This document shows, in pieces, positions 39,154-50,539 of a stretch of 64,000 nt of DNA. Below the pieces are notes generated by a model, which made no database searches, was not told the origin of the DNA, and saw nothing but the letters and a program-made list of their open reading frames with translations. Source of the DNA: Diplonema japonicum (lineage: Eukaryota > Protista > Euglenozoa: Diplonemea); the NCBI GenBank assembly GCA_964019335.1, contig OZ025697.1, positions 124,001 through 188,000 on the forward strand. Reading direction: 5' to 3'. The stretch's first letter is position 1; each line of letters starts with the position of its first letter. Made by a program: the position numbers and the translations under genes.

Positions 39154-41289
39154 TCAAACCCCGATTCCCCAGGTGTTTTTCAGAGCTTGCTTGTTGTCCG
39201 AGTACTGGATCGTGATTTCCGTCCCTGCCTTGACCTCCTCTGTGAGGAAGAGGATGGTGAGGTGCAGTTCGGTTTTACCAGAGCAGGTTTCCATCAGAGT
39301 GGCGTTGGGAGAGTCAGCGTGGTTAACCATAGACATGACAGGGAAGAGGCTGAGCGTGTTTTTCGACCCGAACGAGTTTTTGCGGATGATGTCGTCAATG
39401 TCAGTCTCGCACGCACGGTCACTCTTCGACTCTACAATAAATGGGGACGCAGCATGCACATTCCTAAAAAGCCGGGGGAAGGGCACCACAGGCATGTCTA
39501 GCGATCCTGGTGTGAGATTATTCAACATCCTTGAGCAGTACCCGTCACGTGTGTTAAGAAACATCAAATGATTCCTCGCCTTCTCTTTTTCCGGTGCGTT
39601 CCGGGAGTTCTCCCCCGTCCCCTGCGCCACAACCAACGGCCAGTCTACTAGTATGGCTGTTCCCGCTTTTATTATCCTGTTGCAAAACACACCTCTGCCT
39701 TTCCCCTCAACCCTTTTGATGTATAGAGAAGGGTGGACCCACTGCATAAAAGAAAACTCCGGCAAGGCGTCCGGCGGAAGGGATATGTCCATCCGTTCTT
39801 CCGTCTCATGTGTTGTTAATGCAGATTTCTCAGGGCCGTGTAAACACCAGTTTCTAGCATGTTGGGACGAAACGTTAATTGTTGTCCGGTACACTGAGTC
39901 CGTTATGAAGGAGGCGGCTTTCTCGCTTGCGTCGAATTCTCGTACTTGGATGCTGCACCCGGCGATGCGGTACCAGCATTTTTGGACCGTCGCGGGTTTT
40001 ATGCCGAGCCGCATGGCGGCCGAGCAGGAACAGATCGCCCACTCGTACAGCCCGAGCTTTTCGTAACACAGCGAAAGGTTCGATAGTATGTTCCCTGCCT
40101 CGACGGCCTCCTCGCAGTTCAACCCCTTCGTATACTCCACCACAGCATTCGGATAGTCCTGCTTCGAGTAGAAAGCGTTGCCATGTTCTTTATACTGCGC
40201 TGATGGTTCCGACGCCGGTGTGAGCAGGTCTTCAGGAAGTTGTTGGATTACGTCGGCCAACTGATTTGTAAGTTCAGTAAGCGCAGCTTCGTATCGCAGT
40301 CTCGACTTGGCATGGTCGGGACGGATGAATAAGCAAGCAGCTGCATCAGGCAGTGCTTGCGCGTAGTTTCCAGTTTTAATATACGCTTGAGCACGGTTGG
40401 AGAGCAGCGCGATGATCACATCGACGTCCGTGTTGGTTCTGAGGACGGTTTCGTATATGTTCACGGCGGTGCGGTAGTTCTTTGATGCGACTTGTTCGTT
40501 GCCTTTGAGCTTGGCGTCTGTGAGACCTTCTCCGCAGAACCCATCGTTGAATATGATGTCAGAAGGGCTGTCTACTCGGATGCCCACCACTCCGGAGTTG
40601 AAGATTTTCAGGTACGGTTCGATGATGGTGATGGACCTGCCCTTTGGGAAAACGGTGTCCACGGTTTTGTACGAATTGTCTCCCAGCTGGTTGTACAGCC
40701 CGAGCTCTACGACCTCGCCATTGTCGTCTTGCAACATTGTGTTCACACCTATCAAACACCCTGCATTGGAAGCAAGGGTGCCGGTGAGTTTTTTCCCTTT
40801 GTTGATCTTGTACAGCATCAGGTCCGAGATGTTGATCTGTGTGTACGTTTTGAAAGCTTCCAAGTCCCTTTTCTGCGGTTTTTTAACTTTCGCGTTGGTT
40901 GCTGTCGCCACGCCTTTTTGCTGCGCCTGCTGGTCTCGAAGATCTTGTATCCTGCGTTGGAAGACGGGGAGGGTGTGGCGCTTGGCAAAGTTCGCGTAAA
41001 GTCGCTCCATCTCAAACAGCGCAGAGCCGGTGAATCTCTCCCTCACATCCGGGTTCGCTATTGTGAAGCATTTCTGAAAGACGTGGTACCCCACACTTTC
41101 GTCCCCCTGCCGACCCTGTGACATCATGTTCTTCCATGTTGTCCCTGCCGCCGCCGCCATCGCGTCTAAATACCCGATCTGCCCTGTCTCGTCGAGGGTC
41201 TTGAACTGATTAAGGTTAGTATTTCCCACGTACGTCAGCGCATCGTAAAAAGGATGCTGCGTCACATCCACTGGATAATCACCACTCAT
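39154..41289 (-). CDS. TPR + SET domain protein (putative lysine methyltransferase)
   Basis: IIEPYLK......IRVDSPSD module, two TPR clusters, GKGRGVF, LFPVMSMVNHADSPN, GTEITIQY. Intronless. Confidence 0.85.
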   Translation of the reverse strand: MSGDYPVDVTQHPFYDALTYVGNTNLNQFKTLDETGQIGYLDAMAAAAGTTWKNMMSQGRQGDESVGYHVFQKCFTIANPDVRERFTGSALFEMERLYANFAKRHTLPVFQRRIQDLRDQQAQQKGVATATNAKVKKPQKRDLEAFKTYTQINISDLMLYKINKGKKLTGTLASNAGCLIGVNTMLQDDNGEVVELGLYNQLGDNSYKTVDTVFPKGRSITIIEPYLKIFNSGVVGIRVDSPSDIIFNDGFCGEGLTDAKLKGNEQVASKNYRTAVNIYETVLRTNTDVDVIIALLSNRAQAYIKTGNYAQALPDAAACLFIRPDHAKSRLRYEAALTELTNQLADVIQQLPEDLLTPASEPSAQYKEHGNAFYSKQDYPNAVVEYTKGLNCEEAVEAGNILSNLSLCYEKLGLYEWAICSCSAAMRLGIKPATVQKCWYRIAGCSIQVREFDASEKAASFITDSVYRTTINVSSQHARNWCLHGPEKSALTTHETEERMDISLPPDALPEFSFMQWVHPSLYIKRVEGKGRGVFCNRIIKAGTAILVDWPLVVAQGTGENSRNAPEKEKARNHLMFLNTRDGYCSRMLNNLTPGSLDMPVVPFPRLFRNVHAASPFIVESKSDRACETDIDDIIRKNSFGSKNTLSLFPVMSMVNHADSPNATLMETCSGKTELHLTILFLTEEVKAGTEITIQYSDNKQALKNTWGIGV

Positions 41290-41585
41290 TGAGGCTTTCC
41301 CCCCTCTTTTCTTTTCGTTGATGTGGGGTTGATAGACAAAAAAAAGAAGAAAATAAAAACATTATCATAATTCTAAGTGGATACAGGGGGGGGGGGGGGG
41401 GGGGGGGGGGAGGTTGAGAGAACAAAAAAATGCGAGTGGAGAGTACAACGCCAATGGCACGGTGTATCTGTTTAAATGTATAATTAGAAGAGGGGGCAGA
41501 GGGAGATGTCTATTACAAACAGGTGGAGGTGATCGAGGATTCTGATGCTATTTTATTTTTGCTTTTTTCATGCTTCTTCGACGTG

Positions 41586-44420
41586 CTACTTTTGGAAGGC
41601 CTCAAGCGTTCTGTGTTTAACTTAACTTACTCAAAGACAACATACCTTGATAGTGTGGTGGCGGTGTTCGAGAGAAGGGGGTGCGGCTGGACAGCTTGGT
41701 GTTGAAGCTCAATGGCACGTCGTTCGATCTGACGGAGGAGGAGGGGGAGGTTGGGCTCCCGGTGGGGTTGCGGGGAGATTGGTGAGGACCATCTGTTCCG
41801 CTGTGGAGAAACAGTGCGGTTCTGCGGGGACAACGACCCACGCACTGCACGGTGTCGTGCGCTGACCACGGCATGCGCTGCATTCACGCCTGTCAGCTCT
41901 GTCAGCCTGCTCTTTGCTTCCTCTCGCACTGCTATCTCTCTCGGGGAAGGTAGCAGTCCCACCACCGGTGGCCCTACCCCATGCTTCCTCCTCGGTGATA
42001 TGTTGCGTAGTGTCTCTTCCGGCCTCCCCCCGTAGACCAGCGGCCTCGGCGTCGGTACCACTGGCTGCACCACCGGTACATGTCTCTCCACTACCACTGG
42101 AACCTCCACAGACCTCACCCTGGTCCTGTCCATCTGCAGCTCTCTGTTCAACTCGCTCACTCGGACCTCCGACGCCACCAACAGCTTCTGCAGCCTCTCA
42201 ACTTCATCGTACGAGGAACAGCACGCCCCCGCTGTCTGCACGGATGTCTGTCGTGTGGCGTGTTTATGATGTTAATGTCAAGTATACCTCTTCGCTGTCG
42301 TTCACCTGCATCGCCCGCTTCGCTGCAGGTGTGAACAACGAGCTGCTCGTGGACATCAGCAGCACCTCAGCAGGCTCGTTAGGCTGGTTTTCGAACAACG
42401 GTCGGGATGGTGTTTCCAGCAGCTGCTCTGACGGCATCGAGCTGACATGCGAGGAGAAGGGCTGCGAGGGGAACACTTGCGAGGACGCCTCCACTGGCAC
42501 GAGGCTCGGTCGCGATGGCACCGCAAGCAGCTGCTGAGACGGAAGCTGGCTGAGAGAGTAATGCGAAGTGCCATGCATAGAGGGGTCCCGCACAGGCGAT
42601 TGCACCATCGCTGAGCTCTCCTGTAGCTGGACAGACACTGGTTGCACCACAGAAGCCTCCCGCGAGGGCTGTGCCACGGACTGCACAAGCGAAGCTTCCT
42701 TCGTGACCAACTGTGTTTGCGACGGGGGCTGGGATTGCACAACAGAGGTTTCTCTGGAAGATTGCATTAACGAAGCTTCTTGTGTTACCAGCTGAGTTTG
42801 CGACGGTTGGGGCAACGCCAAAGAGACTTGTCTGGACGGCTGCTGCACTGCGGACTGCATCATAGAAGTGTTCCTCGAGACTGCCCCTTGAGACAAAGCA
42901 AGGGAGTCCTCCTGAACAGGGAGAGTGGAATGGGTGGAGACACGCTCACCTTGTGGGTCGTACGGGGAGAGCTGCGACATGCGGAGCTTGCCAGGAGAGT
43001 CAAGGTCTTGGGGGGGCGTGCAGGGAGGTGTGCATCCACTAGTCGATCTGCGCGAGTGCATGGGCTGGACAGGGCCTTCTTCGTGCGTGGATGTGTATTC
43101 AGTTGAGGTGACAGCCATGGTCGGAGTGGGAACCTCGATGATCTTCTCCACAATCCTCTCCACAGGTACCTCTTTGATTACTTCTACAATGCGCTCCACC
43201 TCCACGGGCACCTGTACTATCTTCTCCACCACCCTTTCGACCTCCACCGGGACTTCCCTGTCAATGAACACCTCTACAATTTTCTCGACTGGTACTTCTC
43301 GCTCCACCACCCTCTCTGTGATCCTTTCCACGGGGACCTCCACCTCTCTCTCCACGATCTTCTCCACAGGAACTTCCACCACTCGTTCTATTTCCACGGG
43401 GACTTCTACCACCTTCTCCACGATCCGATCCACGGGGACCTCCACCGTTCGTTCAACCTCGACTTCTACAATCCTTTCCACAGGGACCTCTACTATCTTT
43501 TCAACTATCCTCTCCACAGGTACTTCTACTATCCTCTCCACAGGGACTTCTACTATCCTTTCTACAGGGACTTCAACTATTTTCTCCACAATCTTTTCCA
43601 CAGGGACTTGGACCTCGACCCTCCTCTCCACCTCTACTTCAACGACCCTTTCCACGGGCACCTCCACAGGCACCTCAACTAGCTTCTCGACAGGTATTTC
43701 TACTATCTTCTCTTGGTAGATTATTTCTGGCTGCACGGGCTGCGACGGTATCGGTTGCGAAGGCGCGACCTGCGATTGCACTGGCTGCGACTGCTGTACA
43801 AACGAAGGTGTGACCTGCGACTGCTGTGAGGGCATCGGCTGGGAAGGCACAACCTGCGACTGCTGTACAAACTGCTGCGACGGCATTGGCTGGGAAGGTA
43901 CAACCTGCGACTGCTGTGACGGCATCGGCTGGGAAGGTACAACCTGCGACTGCTGTACAAACTGCTGCGACGGCATTGGCTGGGAAGGCGTGGCCGAAGG
44001 AACCGGCTGCTGTTCTTTCATAACCTTCAACACGTGCAAATCCTCGTTAAGGGCATGCCTCATGGTGGGCTCAAGGGTGGGGTCGGTCAATACCATCTTG
44101 ACAGCAGACGACAAACTATCGATGCGCTGCTTGGGCTCGTACATTGGCTGCAGCATTGTGTTCGCGGGGTGCACCAAAGGGCTGGGTCGAGGAGGGGCAG
44201 GGTATATCTGATTAGAAGGCTGTGGGGGCATCTCCTGCTGGTAGGAATTAATATGTCGTGGCACTGGGGAGTGCTGCATTGGGGATTGCTGTTGGTGTAC
44301 ATCCCCCTGTGTCAGCTGCTGATGAAGCATGTTGAGAGGCACTTCCCTTCTACTTTGCACTCTTTTCATTCTCGGCGGTGACAGGTCCACGCGGGGGCCT
44401 GAAGTGTAGGGCTGAGGCAT
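41586..44420 (-). CDS. Low-complexity cortical protein with EVPVERIVE repeats (epiplastin/articulin/alveolin-like)
   Basis: About 200 aa of VPVE(R/K)IVE repeats (43130-43720) plus Q/P/S repeats. Introns 42248-42287 and 41611-41645 join the ORFs. Confidence 0.72.
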
Positions 44421-45034
44421 CTCACTTTCTTACATGTACCCCTATGATTTTCTTGTTCCTTTTTATGTTTGCGGTCCTTTGTCGGGTTTGCAATATCTTG
44501 TAGAAAAAAAGCGCCACAAAAAAAAAGGAAGCAAAACATGCTCTAAATAAGACAGAATGGGGGAAAGAAAACTCACAATAAAAAAAAAAGAAGAAAAAAA
44601 AAAAGATAAATAAGGATGTACTTGGTTTTTCTTTTCTTCTCGTTGCTAGGATAGTGCAGCCATTCTCTTTTTTTTTTCTCTTTTTCCTCGCCTTTTTTTT
44701 TTTTTTTTTTAAACAACTTCATTGAAAGCTGATCACGCCTCGTAGCTCAAAATAGTAAATAAGAAAAAAAAGGGGGGGTGGAAGAAAGATGGGAGAGAAA
44801 AAAAAAAAAACAAAAAAAAAGAGTGCCTTCTTTCTTGAGATGGTTCTTCTTTCTTTCTCTCTCTCTCTCTCCATTTTCTTTCTCTTCTCTTATTATTTTG
44901 AGATGCATCTCATTGCCTCATAGCAACACACCGAAAGAAAGAGGAATATAAAAAAAAAGAAGGAAAAAAAAAAAAAAACACACTCACACAGGTCAACATT
45001 TTCCTCCACGCTCACTCCTCCTTTTTAATTCTAA

Positions 45035-46896
45035 TCAGATCAGCAAAGGCAGCAGGCATAAACACAATCCAGCTGCGGCCGCTAAGAAAAATGGCAACTG
45101 CCCCATAACGTCAAGCGGGATGAAGGCTTTGTCGACGTCGATCAGCGCAAAGAACAGCAGCAGAAACGACAGGGGGAGCGTGTACACCAGGCTAAAGGCC
45201 GCTGTGTACTTGATTTCATTTCCAAGAAAAAAAAAAAAAGAAAAAAAAACTTTTTTTTTTTTAGTACGTACCCCCCAGGTAGGACGATGACACAGCAGCA
45301 GCTAAAGGCACGATAATGACAAGAGAAAACCACTTCTGGGAGGGCACCCTCGGCTTCACCCACCTGTTTTTTTTTTTTTTTCCTTTTTTTTTTTTCCCCT
45401 TCAACATACGACAGTTCTCCCTTCTCAACTTTGAACTTCTCTTCAAGAACCGCAACGTGCGCATTGTTCAAGTCCTGCACCTTGTCCACAGCGAATTGTT
45501 CCAACGCCTTTGCACAGAAGTGTGCAATGAACACAAAGACCTAACCAAAGGATTTTTTCCCCCCCTAAAATAATATTTCCTTTCATACAATCATAGACAT
45601 AATACCCATCCCGGATCCACCATCACTTGACTTGGAAGGCCCGTCCTTGAACTTGTCAAGCTGAGCGTTTGCAAGGTTGTTTAACCAAGCTGCGGTCTCC
45701 GGCCCACTGATTTTCTCGGCAGCCTCTGTAACAACTGTCATGACCAACTGTGAGAAGGTGTGAAAGGCGGAGTTGAACATACCTCGAAAGAGGACTTTGT
45801 GAAGACCAGCACAAAGAACATAGACTGCAGTCCTACCTTGACGACCGCTTTGCCTAGCAATACGGCTGAGAAGAAGGTGAAGAACGGCATTCGAATCGCA
45901 CCGCAGCACAACCCACACAAATCGAACAATGCGTTGGGCCACGATGCCAGAAGGAACACAGCAAGGAAACCCCACCGCTTGACCTTGTCGACGGTCCACT
46001 GCTTCATCTCCTCATACAATGCAATTGATGACTTTTCACCCATTTCCTCTTCAATGAGTTCTTCAGCTCCACCGTCAGACGCCTTCAAGGCGAGGAGATA
46101 AGGTGGGATCTCGCCGAAGGCAGTCCCGGCACCCCACAGCATGCATGACATGAAAACGGTGAAAACCCTCGGCCAGTAGTCGACAATGGTCTCTCCGGGC
46201 GTGCAGCCACAGTAGGTGGGCATTGCGGTGAGGTTACCAATGGGGAGGATGTTCAGGTTGGCAGCAGGCCCCCCGGTGAGAAACACATTTGTCCCGAATT
46301 CGAGGTTTCCACAAACGTCAGCAGACATGCAGACCTTGTAGATGTGGGGGAACAGGAACAGTACACCCGAGTGCATTCCTTTTTTTTCTTTTCTTTTTTG
46401 GAAATTCTTTTCATACCACTTCCGAACCCAATGCTAGACGCCACACCGAGCATGAACCAGAACACAGCATCTTGGAAGATGATGTTAAACGCATACAAAT
46501 ACTCCACATGAGGGCCCTCAAGGAAGAACAACAGGTACTGTGGTTATAGGGGTTTCCTTTTTTTTTTTCTTCTTGTTCCAACCATACCGCATAGCAAGCG
46601 AGAGCGGGTGCCACGAGGAAGTAAAAAGCCGGGTGCGAGACCGCGACCTTGAGACACGAGAAGAACTGGGCGACGATGCGGGTGATAGAGTAGACCAGCA
46701 CCTTTCCGGGTGACTTGAAGATGTTGCATTCGTCTGCCTCGTTGGCTTTGTGTGCTTTTTTTACCTCGGCGAGGGCGGCCTGGAACTTTTCGGCGTTGCT
46801 TTGCAGCTGGGGGTTAGAAGAGCCTCCTGAATGGATAAAAGTAGGCGCAGCCTGTGTAGCAGCCGCCCGACGCGCCCCGTTGCTGGCCGTCGCCAT
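45035..46896 (-). CDS. VMP1: Vacuole membrane protein 1 (DedA superfamily) with a hydrophobic C-terminal extension
   Basis: LGVASSIGFGSGMHSGVLFLFPHI, WGAGTAFGEIPPY, LASWPNALFDLCGLCCG, F.TFF.A..LGKA. Introns 46538-46587, 46379-46416, 45748-45782, 45541-45588, 45364-45409, 45202-45271. Confidence 0.85.
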
Positions 46897-46996
46897 TTTT
46901 CTTTTTTTGTTTTTTTTTAATTAGTTTTTCTGAAAAGGAATATGGAGATGGAGGTGGAGGAAAGTTTTTTTTTTTTTTCTTTTCTTTTCCTCCCCT

Positions 46997-47506
46997 TCAA
47001 ACTAAATCGATTGTGTCTGTGATTACAAAGCTTGCTCCATGCTCCTTCTGTGTGAGGACATGGAGCCTAGCCACTTCGAAGCTCTGAGGCTGCCATTCTA
47101 TGGCCTTAACCGTGGGTACCGCGACACCCATAGGCACTGTTCCAAGCCTGATATTTGGATTAAATGAACGTCTTGGCTCTAGGGATGCAAAGGTCTGTTC
47201 AAGGCACAGCCTCATGTCACTGAAAGGAGATGGGTCAGAAGGAGGGAGGTACAGCAAGGATGTTCCCTCATGTCGCTTTGTGTGTAAAACGCAGTCGAAG
47301 GTTGCGGTGAAGCGTTTGAGGCCAACCTTCTTGAGATCCTGCAAAGCCCCCGCCTCGTTCGCATAAGGCCACATCATCACCACACTGGGCGGCCACGAAG
47401 CAAAAATATTTTCGAACCTCCCCTTCTCCTTCAACACCGCTTGCTTCACCTCCTCGGAGGGGAGGACCACCACCGCTTTTCTATAATCCTTCGTGAATCT
47501 TCTCAT
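46997..47506 (-). CDS. 2H phosphoesterase-fold protein lacking both catalytic His (probable pseudo-enzyme)
   Basis: Aligns by eye with the neighbouring gene: WPPSVVMMWPY vs WMPHINMIWPF, LLYLPP vs TLFLNP, FNPNIRLG vs FCPHLTVG, WQPQSFEV vs WKPTSFEV. Confidence 0.65.
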   Translation of the reverse strand: MRRFTKDYRKAVVVLPSEEVKQAVLKEKGRFENIFASWPPSVVMMWPYANEAGALQDLKKVGLKRFTATFDCVLHTKRHEGTSLLYLPPSDPSPFSDMRLCLEQTFASLEPRRSFNPNIRLGTVPMGVAVPTVKAIEWQPQSFEVARLHVLTQKEHGASFVITDTIDLV

Positions 47507-48259
47507 TATATTATTATTATTATTTTTTTTTTTTTTTAACTTTTCATTTTCTTCTTTCCTTTCCCTCCTTTTTCTTCCTCCTTTTTTTTTTTCTTTTTTT
47601 CTTTTTTTAAACAAAAGGGGACTGTGTGCCAAAGATGTGACCATTTGAGGAACAAGACTTTACAGGTGGGCATCAGAGGTACGGGACAGTCTTTAAACTA
47701 ATCAAGGCGGTGAACGGCAAAAAAGACAAAAATGCAGCGCAGATCAACCGCTCGTAAAGCAGAAATCCTTGGGGAATACCTCGCATCAATAAGCAAGTCG
47801 TTGAGCATCTTAACGTAAAAGAATCCTAGCATTCCTTTGCAGGACTGGCTGTGCAGGACACATTCATTTCACTTCACCCAACACAAGGAGGTTCAAAATA
47901 CAAAAAAAGCAAACTCAAAAAAAAAAAATTATATAAATTCACGTTCGTCTTTTTTTTTTTTTTTTTTTAGGGAGGGGGAAAGAAGAAAAACACAAAAAAA
48001 AACAAAAAACAAAAAAAAAATATTCTGTCCTTTTGGCGCCCAGATTCTGCATTTGGTTAGTAGGAGGTTTCCTTTTTTTTTTTTTTTTTTTTTTTAATTT
48101 TTACTTGCAGGGTCAAACCACAAAGGACAGAAAATCTTCCCCCCCCCCTTTTTTTTTCTTCTTCTTTTGCTTCCCCCTATTCTCCTAGAGAGCACACAGT
48201 TTCTTTAAAATGTGAGAGGAGCTCGAAGGTCAAGGCTAATGTGTGTATACGTTCTCGTA

Positions 48260-48567
48260 TCACCAGCCTGCTTCCTCTGTCGCTGCTGTACCAAGCGGAA
48301 TCTTTTGTGTGATGGCAAAAGGTGTCACGTCATCCGGACGGGAGATAATGAAAACTTCCTATTAATTAAAGAAATTAGATCCTTGAAGGAAAGGAAAGAA
48401 CACACCGAAACTTCAAAGGACGTAGGCTTCCATTTCGCCCCTTCCCGCACCTTGTTTACCATATGATGAGCTACCTTCCCCACGGTGAGATGGGGGCAAA
48501 ACGAGTCGGACGACCCTTCACAGTCTGGGAAACATTTCACCATTTTCTTTTTTTTTTTTTTTGAAGG

Positions 48568-48603
<36 letters not shown>

Positions 48604-48617
48604 AAAGCTCAATATAT

Positions 48618-48651
<34 letters not shown>

Positions 48652-49384
48652 CTTTTGCAACTCGTGCAGGTCGTTCAGCCTTCCGTTTGTGGCATTGGTA
48701 GGATTGAGGAATAGTGTCTGAGGGCCCTTCGACTTTACAAAAGCATCAAAGTTGTTCAAATAAATCTTTTTAAAAAAAAAAATCTCTTTTTTGAAAAAAA
48801 AAAAATACCGTGAAAGGACGCACAGTACTGAGAACGTTACGGAGAGTAGCCGCACATTTATCGTGCCAGACTGGGGTGGCGAAGGGCCAAATCATGTTAA
48901 TGTGCGGCATCCACCTGACAAATGCAGGGTCGTGCACAGAACGGATACTCTGAATCGGTCCCCACATATCGACTGGAGGCATAACGATTAAGGCATTTTT
49001 GAAATTCTTATTCAGGCCTCGAACGACAGAAGGGGTGCTCTTAGGTACAGGGACGGGTTTAGGTACAGGGACCGCTACTATTCTCGGCTTTGGAGCTGGG
49101 TCTATCGATACTGTGGATTCTGTCTCGCATTCTGTCGTTTCATCAACGGAGGGCTCGGTTTCTTCGAGGTCCTCGAGGGGCTTCTTCCGACGCTTTCTCA
49201 CCTTCTTCATCAGCTTCCCTTCAGCCGTCACCAGGTAATCCCCGCAGAGGAAGTCCTTCCCCTCGTTGTCGCCCTTGTCATCTGCCGTGATGTCATAGCT
49301 GCCCTCCTTGCTCCCCTCGACCTTTTTCCCTTCTATAAAATCCATAACCGCTCCGTGTTGCTCCCCTAGAAACCCGCGCAACAT
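48260..49384 (-). CDS. 2H phosphoesterase / 2'-5' RNA ligase superfamily protein (LENG9-like)
   Basis: ALIVMPP...W..IQSIR..HD....RWMPHIN..WPF and F.PHLTVG. Introns 48766-48808, 48547-48651, 48359-48405. Confidence 0.8.
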
Positions 49385-49877
49385 TCTTTTTTTTTTTTTT
49401 TTTTTTTTTTTTACCACTTCCTTTAATAGAGGGGGGGAAAATAATCGAAGGGGAGAATTGAAGAAAGAAAAAAAAAAGTGTAATTAGTTTTTTTAAGAAA
49501 AAAAGGGGGAAAGGGGGGGGGGTGTTATTATTATTTTTTGCTTTAGTTGGGGAGGGGGGTTTCTTTTTCTTCTTCTCTCTAACCTTCGATATGGAAAACT
49601 GAATGGATAATCCTCCTTCTCCATAGCCTTTTGCGAAAAACTGGGGGGGGGGGGGGACGAGACTTTGCTTTTTTTGTCAGTAAAAAGAAAAAGAGCTCCT
49701 CGCAGTGCTTTTTTGGGCTTGACCTTTTTTCTTCAGTCTTTTTTTTCAAAAAAAAAAAAAAAAAAGTGTTGTTGTAAAGAGAGGAAATCGCCATCAAATT
49801 CTTTTTACACACATAACAACAAAAAAAAAGAGGAAACAAACCTATTTACAAGAAAAAAAAAAAAAAAAAAACTCGAT

Positions 49878-50430
49878 CTATTTTTGCGGTGCGCTGGTTG
49901 GTGCCCACCGTGGACGGGGGATCCTACACGTGCCTGTCACCATTCTGCGGTTGCATCCTGGTGCCGGCCGTCGGGGTTTGCCTGTCCGTCATGGACGGCA
50001 TCTGCGCTAAGAACATCGGTCGCAGTCCCTCCAAATAGGGGGCTGTTTGGGTTGACGAGAACAGGGGTCTCTTGTCGTAGCCATGCATCGCTGGTGCGCC
50101 CAGGTTTCTCAGGGAGTGTACTCTGGTCATCCTTCTTGCCGGGAAGCCGCTTTTGTTGCCCTTTGCCGCACATGCTTGCACTCTATTGAGGATGTACCGC
50201 AGACGTGCGGCTTTTCTCTCCAACAGACTGCTCTCCCCATGTTCCCCGTATAAGGATATACCGGTCGTCATCTCAAAATCAATTGCCAGCTCCATCGTGG
50301 TGATTGACGTCTTCTTCGATCCTAGGTACCACCTCAGACCTTGCAGCCAGGGTAGCACATGTTTCAACTGCTTTTTCAGTATCTCACCCGTTGCTCCGTG
50401 CGCAACAAGCATCTCCTCCGTCGGTACCGG
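49878..50430 (-). mobile_element. 3' fragment of a diverged subfamily of the same non-LTR retroelement
   Basis: The protein matches the C-terminus of the 31 kb ORF (WL..LRWY.G.K.TS.TTMELA.D.E..T; GYD.RPLFSS.QTAPYL; QPQNGDR.V). Related 3' UTR. Confidence 0.88.
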
Positions 50431-50491
<61 letters not shown>

Positions 50492-50539
50492 ACGGACTGG
50501 AAAGCCCATCCATCTTCTTTTTTTTTTTTTTTTCCACGC

